Shown: positions 13,506 through 27,384 of the stretch, piece after piece
Position numbering within the stretch: the stretch's first letter is position 1
Layout: the number at the start of each line of letters is the position of its first letter
Source: Geosiphon pyriformis uo1
Lineage: Eukaryota; Fungi; Glomeromycota
DNA length: 49,717 nucleotides
Direction of reading: 5' to 3'
Assembly: GCA_016748015.1 (NCBI GenBank)
Contig: JAAOMT010000706.1
Location: forward strand, 754,679 to 804,395
Notes under the pieces: model-generated
The model's input: the letters and a program-made list of their open reading frames with translations, nothing else
Told to the model about the DNA's origin: nothing
Databases searched by the model: none
Translations under genes and position numbers: made by a program

Positions 13506-14718
13506 TTAATTTTCTTCTAAAAATTCTTCGATCAAGTTGATGACTTTTTGAGGATTTTCTACATGCTACAGAAAGAAGATATTTATTTTCAGCTTTCCAT
13601 ATATTTAAATAAAAAAAAACCATTAACATACCGGATAATGCCCTAATCCTTCCAAAACAACACTATAAAACGACTTTGCATTTGCAAATCTTTGCTTCGT
13701 AATTTCTGCCTCGGCAACAACATTAGGATACTCTGGATCATTGCCCCCATAAATAGCCAAAACTGGTGCACTTACTCGCAATATACATTTCCATGATAGA
13801 ATTCTTGAAGCTTGACCAAATCCTTTTAATGCAGTTATTCGTCCCTCTTCTTTGAGATTTGTTTTTAAAGCTGCGGCATAAATTTCAAAATCGCCTGGTT
13901 TATGATCCGGTGCAGTAAATAAAGTTCGCCAGTATGATAACCAGGCAGTTGGACCCCAAATTGAAGTAAGGACAACGGTTGAAAGGGGTCTAATAATTTT
14001 ATCTTGGAAATCAACAAGAAAGGTTTGATTGAAATTAACCTCAATGAAATATTGGTATGGACAAAGAAATTCTGGACATTTTGAAAAATGAAGGTTTAGA
14101 AGATTTAACTCTTACCTCCCGGCATTTCCCTGAGAATAGGATTGATTAATATAAGGCCATGAACTTTATCGGGATATTTTGCTGCAAAAATTGTAATAGC
14201 AGCACCTGAAATTGAATTTCCAATGAACACTATTCTTGATTTTACTTCAGCATGCTTCAACACTGAACTGATATCTCTATTTACCAAAAAAAATCCATAA
14301 AAAGTTAATTCTCAGAAAAATATTGACTTTCTAAAGCCTAAAACTTTTCAAGTATAATTCCGTAACCATTCAAAACTCACATAACAATATCTTCAAGCGT
14401 ATAACTCTCAAAATCAGCCGAACTATGTCCCTGTCCTCTCAAATCCATACATATCACCCTGTAATCATCTCGATAAAATTCTGGTGCCACGAAGCGATAA
14501 GTTTGTCGAAACTCTCCCATTCCGGGGATAAAAAATAAAACGGGAACATTTTGATCATTAACTCCTATCTCGCCAGTATCTTCGTAAGCGATAGTAGTTT
14601 TGGAGTCTGGAGTAGGAGAGTAGACATGTTGCTCCCCTGTCAAAGGAAATATCGGACGTAATGCTGTTGCAGATTGAATTGCATTTAATGGGGAAATTGC
14701 ACGTGTTAAGGATGACAT
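13506..14718 (-). CDS. Alpha/beta-fold hydrolase (4 exons), bacterial-like subfamily
   Basis: PGMGEFRQTYRF oxyanion region, DLRGQGHS, nucleophile elbow GNSISG, acid GGNDPE, His GLGHYP|HVENP. Stop TAA at 13506. Confidence 0.9.
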
Positions 14719-17269
14719 TCTTCTAAGAATAGAAGTTTAAACTTTTGCAAGACACATCCACAAACAAAAAAATAAAAATTAATTCGAAGAAACCAAATTA
14801 GACGATAGTTTTACCGGTTAATTTTCTATTCTTTTTTGCAATTACAAAATGAAGAAGGTAACTTTTAGAGTTGATCATAGCAGTTACTCAACACTAATTT
14901 TACAAATGGAATATTCCCTCGGATTAAATATAGAAATACGCCTATAAATGCTTTTGATTCACAATCTTGCTTCGAAATTTCGCATGAGCCTATGCCTTTT
15001 GGTCAAACATGTTCCGATCATTAATTCCGAGGTTGGTTCAGACCCTTTTGTTGACAAACCATTTCCTAATCAAGCAAGGTCTCGAAACACATGAATCCAA
15101 TAATATGATGGGACAACATACAACCTAAGAATAGATTTAAAACTTGTGTGATTATAAATATGGTTATGCTTATTGTTAAGTCAAAAAAAGAATAAAAGGT
15201 GTCACAAATAACTTTTTTGAAAATTAAAAAGGCTGAGCTTGTGAAATTTGATCTGCTAATTTATCCATCATGTTAAGGATAATGTGAAATGAATAAAACG
15301 TATTTTTAAATTATTTAATTTCTTCACTGTTCAGTTTTTTGAATTAAAAGCATAGAAAGTAAAACAGATTAGTAATTTCTCAAATTATTAGCTTTCATTA
15401 TTAATTAGTGAAGACTTTGAAATTAAAAAATGAATATGTTTTCGTTAAAAGAATTTAAAATCAAAAAATTTCATGATTGCATGATTGTATGAATTTTACA
15501 CAAAACTATTTATTGTGCCCAATTAAGCAAATTTTTTTATGGAATTTAACTTTTCAAAAATTAAGATATTGTTAAATTTATTTTTTTATAAGAGAAATCT
15601 ATCTTACGAATCTATTTTTTCCAACCTTTTTTCTACTCTCATAGTTTTGTTTATATTTTTTTCCATAAAAAATTATTGGATCAATTTTTATGAATCAATT
15701 TCAAGTCTTTGACTTTAAGATTTTGAAAAAATAAAAGCTTCTAAAAATGTTTTCAATAAAATCTACATTAAACTCAATCCAATATTTCACTCTAATCCCT
15801 TTTGGTGTCTGATGATAAAAATTATTCTCGAAATTTTATATTATATTTCTTCAGTCCAAGTTCTATTTGGAGTCAATATTATTTTTTACAAATTGCAATT
15901 TTTTTTTAATCTATTTTGCTATAAATCATGTTATTCTTTTTAAACTTTTATTTTCATGATATTAAATGACATACCAAGTTATCATGGTAGTACCATATTG
16001 AAGATTATTTCTAAATTTCTTTACTATCTCTTAGAAATTCTAAATCAAAATAAACATCGACCAAAACTAAGCATTGTCCACTAGGCTCGGGAAAATCCTT
16101 ATATGGATTTAATTTTCACCGTGTCCGGATTTTTTATCATTTGGAAATAGGGTTAGTCACTAATTGATATTTGGTCATAGAAAATGTCATTTCATGAACC
16201 TTTGATATCTAATTGAGAGCCTTTGAGGTCTATGATTATTATTATGAAGGGCAATGACCATTTTAGAAACTAAAACAAGATTCATTATTAATTTCCCTCT
16301 GATTAACAAAGCTCATTTTAAGAAAAAATCATATTTGTCAGCCTTTGATTTCTTGGTTTTTAAAATAAATTTTAATCAAGGCTAAAAAAATTTGTGAGCA
16401 GATGCAAATGGTAAGAGGAACATGATAATGCAAAAACCCAATTTGATGATATCTATCACTCTCTTTGTTGATATTTTTCTTGAATGGTTTCACTTATTAG
16501 TGATTCAGCGCGTGATTTCCTAAAGTTTATGTATCAAACATTAATATTATATCTAAGCTCAAATGGATCCTCTTTCAAATTTCCCAAGCTTTCCAGAAAT
16601 CGTCTTGAATACAGAGGTTTAAATGTCACCCTACCCCAAAACAGATCTTAACTCTTTCCTCCAAGTTACTAAGACAGAATGTGTTATTAACAGTGACATT
16701 TTAAAGCAATTCGAGGCGCATGCACCCTATAAAAAAAAAGCTGCGTTCATGACGTTTGTTAATAATACCTATTTCCTTTCTTGGAAATCGCTTGATCATT
16801 TTTAAGTCAAAAACCTCAAAAAAAGAGGGGAGGTTCATTATGAATAAACTGGTACGGTCACACTCATTGCGAGAAAACGAGGACTAACTGATAACGTGAT
16901 ATTAATAGTTTTCCGAGAAGGCAAAATAAGGGACAGATCCATATTAACCCATGCATTGGTGTATCCTATTACTCTAAAAACTTTCAAAAAAGAACTTGAG
17001 CAGCCAAACGATCACAAAGTTTTTTCCAATTCAACTCACTTTCTAGCTTGCGCCAGCTTACTTGTCCTTGGCCTTCAGGCTGGCTGCTTAAACTCTTTCC
17101 TTTTGGTCCTTTCATACCAGCCTTTCTTCACCCAATTTGACCGTATATAAATACTTTATTGACCTCTTTAGCTCAAAGCCAAAACACTTTCAACCTGGGT
17201 TCCTCTACTTTCTCACGTCATTACTCCCTTGGTTTTTTCTGGTGCTAGCAGCCGTCGTCGTCAGCAACT

Positions 17270-19610
17270 ATGCCGTCGTCGTCGAGCCGTCAGCGAAGGT
17301 GGCCTTGTGCTTGCTCGTCGAGCATAATATTATACGTTGCCATTCTCTTTAGTAACCTTTTCGGTATCGGTCAATGTTTGATGCCAAGTCCACGCTATGC
17401 TCACAGCGCCCTTCTAATAAACGATAACTTATACTTTGTCGGGGGACAAGTGTATAACTCCACTTACGAGACAATTTTACCTTCCAGAGACTTTTTTTCC
17501 CTTAATATGTCCCAATCTTTTGATACTTCTGAGTTACCGTGGACAGATTTCTCAGATCTAAATGGGCTTCCAGAGAATAGTTGGACTGCGGCTGCCATCG
17601 GTGGCTCTCGTTACGATCAACTCTTCGTTATAGGTATTTTACCAAAGCAGATGATTGTGTACTTTCTATTTTAGTATCTAAGCAATCAGAAATTCATCAG
17701 TTAATGACAATCATATATTCACCCAAATTTTTGCTTTTTACAGGGGGAGTTGTATGGAATGTGACAACTGATCCCCTCGTGTTTACTTTCGATACGGGAA
17801 AAAAAGAATGGTCTCGTCCCGACCTAGGTGGATCACCCCCGATTCGTCGTAGAGAATTCCAAGCAGTCACAAATTCTGAAAGTAGAATCTTTTGTTTTGG
17901 TGGCTTGGAGGATAAGGCTACCACTGCAAAATCTGACACAAACACTACCTTTTCCAATGAAATGACAGTCTTGGATACACTTCAAGGGTCATGGGTACTA
18001 AAATCTACATTGGGTGCACCCCTTCCAAGAGCTGATTCGACTGCGATATTATTATCAAGTGGTCATATTGTTTATCTCGGAGGTAGACAGGCTAATGGTC
18101 AATTTGTGGCTATGAATGAGGTACAGATCTTTTATGTGAGATTGTGGGTCGTAAAGCAATAGTTTACGTCAGGTTCAGAACCATCCTTTTAACCTCTTTA
18201 GGGAAAAGATGGTTGAAAGGAATGTTTATATGGAATACTTTTATTTCCGAGGTATATTTTACCTTCGGCCTAAAATACAAAATTGATCAAAGTTGATTGA
18301 TTTCATGTCTGAACAAAATATTTTTAGTAAAAAATTTGAATGATTAAATACATTGACTTGTATGGATTATTCTTAAAAATTTTAGCATTTAGTAATTTTT
18401 CAATTTTTCAATTTTCTTTAGGCATGGATTTTCGACACTAAAACTTTTGCTTGGACTTCAATGGTAAGTTTATCATGCCATTCTCTTTCTGTTTTATGAA
18501 AAGCCCCAACAAAATATTCAAGAGCTTTATTCCTTTAGAAAACAACTGGAAAGGCACCACAAAGCCGTAACGGTCATTCAGCTGCTTTGAGTAAGTTAGA
18601 TGTTCTTCAAGCCTCGATTAAAAATATAAAAAGTTAACCCGAGAAAATTTTCTGATACTTTGAGCTACCGACGGTCGCATCATTTTGTATGGTGGTATAA
18701 ATTTTAATTCTACGCAGCCAAACTCCGATGTATACATATTAAATACAGCCACTTCCCCTTATGAATGGTCTCAACCAAAAATCGAAAATGGTGTGACTCC
18801 TCGAGCCTTCCATACGGCCACAATGGTAAAAAACTTTATGGTTGTAGCATTTGGTATGATCGCAATTTTTAATTTCACTTTCTGAATAAAAGCTTCATGT
18901 ATTTTGATTCATTGATGTTTGCTAATTTATTGATATTCTCCCATTGTATAGGTATCGAACCTGATACTGGCTCAAGTAGTAGTGTCTATATATTGGATGC
19001 AAGTGATAAAGAAAGATATGTCTGGGTAACAAAATTCAATCCCGATCGACCCTTAACCCCATATCCACAACCTTCAACCAAACGTATTACACTCATAATA
19101 GGTTTTACTGTGGGTAGTGTCTGTTTGGTTGTGCTTGCCGGAGCATTCGCCTTTATATATTACAAATGCCATGGAAGAAATACGAGGCGAAGTTCTAATC
19201 CAATTAACTATAATTCTAATCCTGAACATTCAATAGTTTCCAATGATAACATTTACTTGAATCATGATCCGTTCAATACCACACCACCAAGAACACCTAC
19301 ATTTGAACACTCGGAAGTCCCAAAAAATCGAACACGATTCCCCCAACAACAAAAAGGCCCCTCGAGCCCCCTTCAAAATTCATTTAATTCATCACACACC
19401 CCTCATTCAAATAATTCATCAACATCATCCAGTTTTGTAGTGCAACGCAACCAACAACCTCACGTAACGGGTGGAGCTCTGTATCCAGTCAGCTCTGATA
19501 ACGTCGATCAGACAGAACGAGCATCAGACCAACCCGAGAAATTTTTTATTAATCGAGAGGTTCAACAGATTTCTGTCCCGAGGCAAAGTTTATTTATAAC
19601 AAATCCATAA
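17270..19610 (+). CDS. Kelch/galactose-oxidase beta-propeller protein with signal peptide, one TM helix and Ser/Pro/Asn-rich cytoplasmic tail (multi-exon)
   Basis: Kelch repeats PSPRYAHSA..LYFVGG, RIFCFGG, PRADSTA..IVYLGG, SRNGHSAAL..IILYGG, PRAFHTA..MVVAFG. TM LIIGFTVGSVCLVVLAGAFAFIYY. Confidence 0.88.
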
Positions 19611-20531
19611 TTCCAATCCACACACAATGACATTATCATGATACTTCTTAGCAAGAAACAATCATAACAAATCATTTTACTCGAGTTATATCATGGCAGC
19701 TTGGACTGTCAATTGAATATAATGACGAGATCTTGAGGGGGAAAACCATTCACACTTCCGTCAAAAGAGACCTGGAGTCTATTAATTTTGAACGTAAAGA
19801 GATGGGTTGTTCGGACTATGTATTGCATTAATTAATATCCTTTTTTCTGGGGGGTTTAGAAAAGCCGGACCTTGCCCACATATATAGTGATTCTAAAAAA
19901 ACTTTTTGATTATTTTCCTTTGAATTACGCCTTTTCCAAAATTTTGGCATTGAATTTATATTTGGTATCTGTCTCACCCTTAATCATGGTTTGCGTCTTT
20001 AAAGTCCATATTCGAATTCTATTTTGGTCCGGCAAACAGTTATTTAACTGGGTTTAGGTTCGTGTGGTTTTTAATACTTTTCAAAGACTGAATTCGGTGA
20101 GCTTTGTGAAATGAAATATCATTGATTTTATGAGTATGATCAAGAACACATTCTATGTAATTTTTTGTAATATGACAATTGATTTCAATTTCTTCAATTT
20201 CTGCCCTTTGTCTTTTTATTCTTCAAATTTCCTCCTGGATTTTTGTTTTCCGTTTGATTGGCGGATATATGACGTCATGATTGAATTGTGTTCAAGTTGC
20301 AATGGTTTTCTTTTGTATAATAGCTATCATATATTCTTGTCCATATCACATGATATTATATCGAGAAAAATTCACTCATCAAATAATTGATAACCAAACT
20401 CCAATTGAGTTGGAATTTGGTGATATCTATGGAATTTTTAACTTGTAGGCCTTTCAAGTATATTATTACACCGAATTACTTTGAAGTTAATAAGTCACAT
20501 AGATATAATCAAGACAGGCTCAAAATGCAAA

Positions 20532-21907
20532 TCACACAAATTCCAATACCCAAAGATCATCTAATCGCTTGTTCTCGCCATCGAGACCACCATATAAAAT
20601 GATTTTATCATCCCATGCTGCAGCTGGAAACCATCCTCTAGGAGTTGGCTTATTTGACAATGGCGTACTATTTGTTGAAGGATTTGCAATCGAGGTACCC
20701 TCGCCTAACTCCAGAATCTCAACTGGATACCATTCAATTTTATCTTTTTCATTATTTGATTCAAGTCTTAATGCCCAGACATCATCCAAGAATTTACCGG
20801 CACCCAAATGACCCAATGTACTTGGATTATGCTCGCCATATAAAGTAACTAATAACCCATTCTTCGGCAAACTAACAAACCCGTGTACCGATCTTGGAGA
20901 AACGACCAAGTCTTCCTTAAGATTTTGCGGTTGGAACCATTCTTTTTTTTCAATATCGAATACCTGTAAATCGTTCGTCTCAGTAGTTCCGTTGAATCCA
21001 CCAAACAAAAGTAATTTATTTAAGGGATGATAAAAAGTGAGTGCAGAACCACCACGTGGTGAGATGTTGGCGGGTAATGGAAGAGCTTTCCAATGATTTG
21101 TAAGCGGGTTATAGCTATACAGATCATTTAGCCGACCTGATAGTGGACACCCCCCAAATACATATAAATGGCTCTGAAAAATGTGGCAACAATGTGTCAA
21201 TTGTCGCAGCAATTAAAATCTGACTGAAAACGACAAAAACTTTGAATCAATTTACATCTGAGGCTGTCATTGCATGATATGATCTTGCAACTGGCGGGCC
21301 ATCTTCTTCTTCTTCTTCTTCACCCTTAGGTTCTCTTCGTATTTTACACCATTGCCGTTGCAACGTGTCAAACCTAAATAATTCGTTTGGCAATGGATTC
21401 ATATCTGCACCTCCTCGACCACCCCATAAATAAATCAGATGACCAATGACCGCCGTTGCTGCTCCGACACGTGGAGATGGCATATCATTAGGATCCTGTG
21501 ATGAAGCAAGTACTGGTGGTTCCCAATGCTTTGCTGTATAATCGATTGAATTTGGAATCAAATTCCAAGGGTTTGATTTAAAGTGTAGAGTATAGAAAAT
21601 TTGATAAAAAATAATGATAATAATCGAATACCAAGAAGGTTATATATGTAGAGTGTATTGTCAACAGGAACACGTGGTTCTGTTTCGCCTCCGAAAATAT
21701 ACGCCTTTGATTTTAAGTAATTGATGAACATTAAATACTTGTTAGAAATTTTGTGTGAATGAATCAAATAAAAATTCTCACATGATCATCAACGACTGCT
21801 AAAGTATGTGAAGACCTAAATAAATTGTTATCTTGATGAATTTCAGTGGGTAATTGAACCCATCGAGCAGTAAGTTTATGATATAGGTCATTATTGAGGG
21901 TACCCAT
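20532..21907 (-). CDS. Cytosolic kelch-repeat protein, nitrile-specifier-protein (NSP5)-like (4 exons)
   Basis: RSSHTLAVV, AYIFGGETEPRVPVDNTLYIYNL, PRVGAATAVIGHLIYLWGGRGG, RSYHAMT, VFGGCPLSGRLNDLY, PRGGS, RSVHG, GEHNPSTLGHLGAGKF, PTPRGWF match the recalled specifier-protein kelch pattern. Confidence 0.85.
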
Positions 21908-22265
21908 GATCTTTTGCGGGTAAGAATATTGCAGGGTGAAGTTAGGTGATAAGGATGAAGAATTAAAATTTATATGAAATAAAACAAGAAATGATAAGGG
22001 GAAGGTTAACTTACGCGAGAAAAGAAACCAGTTGAAGAAATCCAATGAGTTTATCGATTTTTATCATGATTGCCTCATAAATAATCAGATCTCTAGCTAC
22101 TGCACAAACGGTTAAGGAATTAAATTTTTCCGATACTTTTATTCAATTATTTGATTTGTAGAACGGAGTTTCGAATAAAGGGAAATCTCTTAGTTGTCTT
22201 TGATTTAATTTTCAGGCCTCTCTCAAATATCAAATATCTCCGTAAGCTCTATTCAAACCAAAAAA

Positions 22266-23389
22266 ATGGGCTCACCAAACCAAATAGTCAAATTTTTAAC
22301 TGTATCATACTCCCAATTATTAACTCAACGTACATCATCTTTAAAATTTCTCGGGTCTTTGGGAAAATACATGATTCTCGTCATCTTATTATTAAATTCA
22401 AAGTCATTACCATTCCTATATCATATCAGATGTTATTCGGTTATTCTTAAGGCTACCAGGCGGAGGAGACGAGAAGAGAAAGAGAGAAGAAACCTAATTG
22501 GAACGGTTAAGAAAGATTTGTTTCGTGTTTTGAAACAAGAGCACCGATTGTGGCCTGATGATGTAAGTCAGATATTTGAAATAAAAAATTATTTATAAAT
22601 TTCTATAAATTTCAAGATATAGTGAAAAGGTCGAGGGGTTTTAATTATTTTGCTTCTTTGAATTAAATTTTCGTTGATAATTCGATCAATTTGATTTGTA
22701 GTTTTAACTTTTCTCGATTTAAAAAATGAATATTTTAGATGGATATTAATTTTCATATGAATAATAGGTAGGGATTTTTTCTTTACTCTTGCGGGATGGA
22801 ATTTTTTTTAAAATCATTTGTAATGGAAAACTATTCGCTAAATATTTTTAAATATTTAGCTCATACTTGAAAAATCTCGATTATGCCCGGTTGGAATTTA
22901 TATACACTCAATTTGGTGATTTGCTTCATTCGGGAAAACTATTCATCCCTAATGCAGGTTTGTAATAATGCCCCATATGAATTTTTCAAAATAATTCTTA
23001 ATCTCTCCAAATTGTCAAAATTTTTAAACTTTAAATTGCCTCGGATAGGTGTCAAAGCATATTTCAAAAAAGAAATTTCGCCATTGGCAAAATATAATAT
23101 TGAAACGCGTATCCTGACCTGGAACAATAAATGGATGTTTGTTGTATCGAGATTCGCCATATTGAAATCGAAATCACCAGTCATTGCAGCTATTGTATTG
23201 ACAAAAATGGTGTTTAAGGAACCAAATGGTAAGACAATTGAGCCAGTTGTGGCTTTTGAAAGAGCTGGATTTGGTTATTCGGCTCTAGAAGAAATTGTAA
23301 ATAGAGAAGAAATTAGAAAGAAAGGGTGGGAGTATGTTCAAGGATTATTTGATGCTGATGGGTTATTTGACTATAATTTGGATAGTTGA
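22266..23389 (+). CDS. Hotdog-fold thioesterase-like protein (YBR096W/THEM6-like; 4 exons)
   Basis: Spliced: ...LLNSKSLPFLYHIR...LWPDD|MDINFHMNN|SYLKNLDYARLE...|GVKAYFKKEISPLAKYNIETRILTWNNKWMFVVSRF. D-x-D-x-N-x-H-M-N-N motif. Confidence 0.85.
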
Positions 23390-24294
23390 GACTTTTATAA
23401 TAAATTATTTGATATTACCTAGCATAGTTAAACCACATTAATTTGTTAGTCTTTCATCAATGAAGTCATAGATCGTCCTTCAGCATTGTATCCGGATTTG
23501 TGTAACTCAATTTCTGTTCACCTGTCTAAATAAAATGAGTAAAGTACTAACTTCTATTCACATATTTCAGAATGTCGGGCCCAACAGGAGTTTCAAGGTT
23601 TTTGGAAATTTGAATAGGTCTTTTTAAATTTTAATTCTCAATTTCTCATTCCATGATAAGGGCACCAAGGACATTTATAAATTAACCTCTAAATATATTC
23701 AGGATTGAGTAATAATTCCAAAAGCGTGAAAATATTCGTTCAATCAATACATAAACCAATTTCAATTCCAAGTATCCATCTTGAAATCAAATTTTATCAA
23801 AAAACTTTTATGCTCACAGTTCTGCGCCCAATCGCAAAACCCTCTATCAAAATTTTGTAGTTGGTTTGAAGGTACTCTATCAAACCTCTGCATCAGCCAC
23901 CAATCATAATACACTTCACAATCGACTTGATTATTTACTTTGAACTTTTTCACTTTAGAAGTTCAATTTGGCTCGTTGCCGTCCTCATTAATCGCTTTTT
24001 TTTTGTTATGAAGAAGTGATTTATTAAATTTGGCGATAAATGCAGGATAGGATAATGACCCATTAATATCGGTCGCAAAATATGATAGAATTTTAAGGGT
24101 CGAAATAGTATATATGTAGAGAGCCAAGGCCGGTTAGTGAGTCCTCTATTCGTTCTAAATTTTATTTCACCGAGTAAAACTATTTATTTGAACATCTTGA
24201 GTACCTTGATATTTTTTCCATCGGCACTCTCAATTTTGCTTAAGATTTATTATCGAATTTTTAAGTAAATTGTTTTTACAAATCGGCATTCCCT

Positions 24295-25529
24295 ATGATG
24301 CCTTTGATCAAGAGGTTTCGCTTTATAATCTTTCTCGTTGTATTCATCTTGGTATCAACTAAAGTAGTGATTATGCAAGGTATACACCAAATTCAACTTT
24401 GAGTTTCAAATTCACACTTTTCTAACCGTCATTTTTTACATCTTCCAATGAAGAAGTACAAGCCCAAGATATCATTAAATACGTGACTGTAACTCAATTT
24501 GTTCCGCAAATCATCACACAATATATTTATCAGCCGACCAACGAGCCAAAACCTGTTGCAACTAATGAGCCACCGAAACCTCTCGTAGCTCCCGAGGAAA
24601 TAAAACCAGTTGCCACACAAGATCCGCCGAAGCCTGTTACAATTAATGAGTTACCAAAACCTATGGTTACGCAAGAACAGCAACCAAAAGATATCTTCTA
24701 TGAACTTCCTATTGCCACATTTCAGCCTGCGACCCATCAGGAAATGAAACCATTTGTTACAGGTGAACCTTCCATGCTATCGTTATTACATGAGCCTATC
24801 CCTCTCGTGGCTACCCATGAAGCTTTGTTAAAATCTTTTGTCCCTAAACCTTTAAAACTCGCTACTTATGAACCATTATTGATACCTATTGTGACTAATA
24901 ATCAATTTAAACCTTTCACTCCTGAACTGAATCAACCCTTCGCTACCCCCGAATTATTATTTAAACCTCTTGGAACTCCACTTGAACCTGTTAAACCTCT
25001 TGCTACCCACGATCCCATTAACCCTTTGGTCACCTTCGAATCTTTTAAACCACTTGCCACTTTTGAACAAATTAAATCTATGCTTCACGAATCTTCAATT
25101 AATCCTCTGATAACTCCTGAACCTTTAACAAACCCTCGTAAACAAGAAACTGATTTGTTAACTCCTAAAACTTTCTTAGAAACATTTGTCACCTTTGAAT
25201 CTTTAAAAGCATTTTCCGATGCTACACCCATGAGACTCCCATTCTCCCAAACTTTCCTTGTAACTTCGGAAACACCCACACTAACCTCAACTGTTGCCAA
25301 AGCTGATTCAACCTCACCACATAATACTAGATTATCATTTTCAACTTCGACGATGACTACTAGCAAGAGCACAACTCTCACTGTAATCAGTCCTACCATG
25401 ACTGTAACTGAAACATCAAATTCTGGAGGTAAACATCTACCTATTGGACCCAAAGAAGAATATCCCATCTGGCTGGTAACTTTGTTTTTGGGATTAATAG
25501 TTTTGTCATTCGTTTTTGGGATGAAGTGA
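24295..25529 (+). CDS. Pro/Thr-rich repetitive secreted protein with C-terminal hydrophobic anchor (TM or GPI signal); 2 exons
   Basis: Exon 1 MMPLIKRFRFIIFLVVFILVSTKVVIMQ (signal peptide), intron at about 24380-24453, then degenerate KP(V/L)AT(N/H/Q)E repeats, a Ser/Thr stalk and IWLVTLFLGLIVLSFVFGMK. Confidence 0.78.
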
Positions 25530-27384
25530 AAGCAAACTCGGAGGGAAGGATTTTTTTGATTGGGAAATTTCGAAGAGGATTACCATCTTATCTGTTAGCT
25601 CATCAATTTATTAATATCTCTGATTTTTTTTAAAAACGGTGAAAAATACTTTAGACCAATATTAGTTTTAAATTCAAGATTTCATTTCCTGGTATATATT
25701 AGAATAGGAAACTAAGGATAATAAATTATTTTGAATCAATCAGACCATTTCGGGTGATTTGACTTGAAAAAAAGTTATTTTAAAAGTATAGGATAATAAA
25801 TATCATAGGGTTTTTATTGAACAAGCATTATAAATTCCAAATGCTATCATTATTTTTGGAGGTTTCGCATAAGTTTTACCGAAAAAATTATTATTCCTAG
25901 ATTCTTATTTAAAAAAATTCCATATTTGGCAAATCGCAATAAGGCTCTACGAGATTGAAAATTCAAAGTTCGAATTTCATTCATATTCAAAAATTTTCAA
26001 CTAATTTAAGTTTCCAATAAACGTGATTAGTCGGAAACTCATCTAAAGATTTTGATTTATTTCAGCAAACAGTGCCATGCTACTCACATTTATTTGATTA
26101 AAATTGCTGAACGATTTGTTCTATTAGGAGAAATTCTTAAAAATAATTAGCGGTACTAGTGGTAACGAATTTTTTATTTCCAATAGTCCTACGCAAAATT
26201 ACTATTACTTCTAATTCTAAAAATTTTATCAATAGTTCAGTTAAAGCATCATAAAACTTCTATGCTTACATGTTGCAATAATTGGTAGAGGAATTCCTAA
26301 GCTATTCCCTCATTTAAATAACTTTTCAAAGCAAAAGTTTAAATCATCAGCTAGACGTAAAAACTGTATTGTAGGTTTTCTTACACATGAAAAAAAAAAT
26401 AGCTTAGAAAATGTAAATGAAATTTTAAAATGTTTTCTAATATTTTAGTCTTCTTTATACCATGGGTAGTTTGAAAAATAAAACTATTGTTCTTTTCGGT
26501 TCTAAATCTCTTCAATCAAACTATTAGTAAAGTTGATAATTCTTCTACCTTTTTTAAAAAAATTTTAAGACATCTCTTCAAGATTTTTAGCAAAATCAAC
26601 CTCTTTTGTCTTTTTTTAATGGAAGTTTTTCAGCAATTGCCTTTTCACTTCATTTTGATAATTTTCTTAGAGAAAATTTTGTTATCACGTTCCTGTTTAA
26701 GTCAAATTTCTCATAAGTGGTTAGGCCATCGGAAAAATTAATAGCTCCTTTTTTCTACTATGTTTAGAATTTTTACCCGTGAGACATTTAATTTCTTTAT
26801 TCGAACAGTTATTTGCTTTGTTTATTAATGTGTATTTTTGTTTCTTAAATATAAATCAATCAGTTTCTTTTTAGGCTTATCAGTTGGTTTGTGATTAGTA
26901 ATTTTTGCTTATTTATAATTGTAAATAATAAAAATTTTTGATCTAATTTAAACTTCTAATTTTTATTTTATTATGTAATTAAGCTTTATATTTTATTTAT
27001 TTTTGTCATATCTTTTAGATTAAACGATTCAAATTAATTATTAGATCTTTCATCAATAACAATTAGTCATCATTTTATTAAAATTCGTATAACATGTAAA
27101 AGTATATAAATTATATTTTAACCCCAAATTTTTTGATATTATTTTATAAATGTATTTCGATTTATATAAATTTACTTCTTAAATTATATGTTAAATAAAT
27201 GCAAGTAAATAATATAATATAAATATTTTAATAAGAGAAAACTAATTTTCAATTATAAATTTAATAATTTAATAAATAAAATATAAGTTTCTTTTATATA
27301 AAAAATAATGATACAGCTAATTTTTATTTAATAAGTATTTTTAAAATATATTTTTTTTTTAATTTTAACAAGCTCAAAATAATT

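Noticed and set aside
16623-17352. Short ORFs upstream of the kelch-TM gene
   Set aside because: No recognisable domains; likely promoter or 5' UTR. A uORF role cannot be supported.
19872-20602. Short plus-strand ORFs between the two kelch genes
   Set aside because: Probably 3' UTR/intergenic; no motifs.
8255-23389. Secondary-metabolite or catabolic gene cluster (transporter, protease, hydrolase, kelch, thioesterase)
   Set aside because: No backbone enzyme or regulator, and no evidence of functional linkage beyond adjacency.
25085-25468. Antisense ORFs over real genes (also 30071-30544, 28622-28957, 39306-39596, 46320-46640)
   Set aside because: Shadow ORFs opposite well-supported exons.
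26000-26800. Possible degenerate transposon or gene relic
   Set aside because: Stop-ridden in the frames examined; no diagnostic motif.
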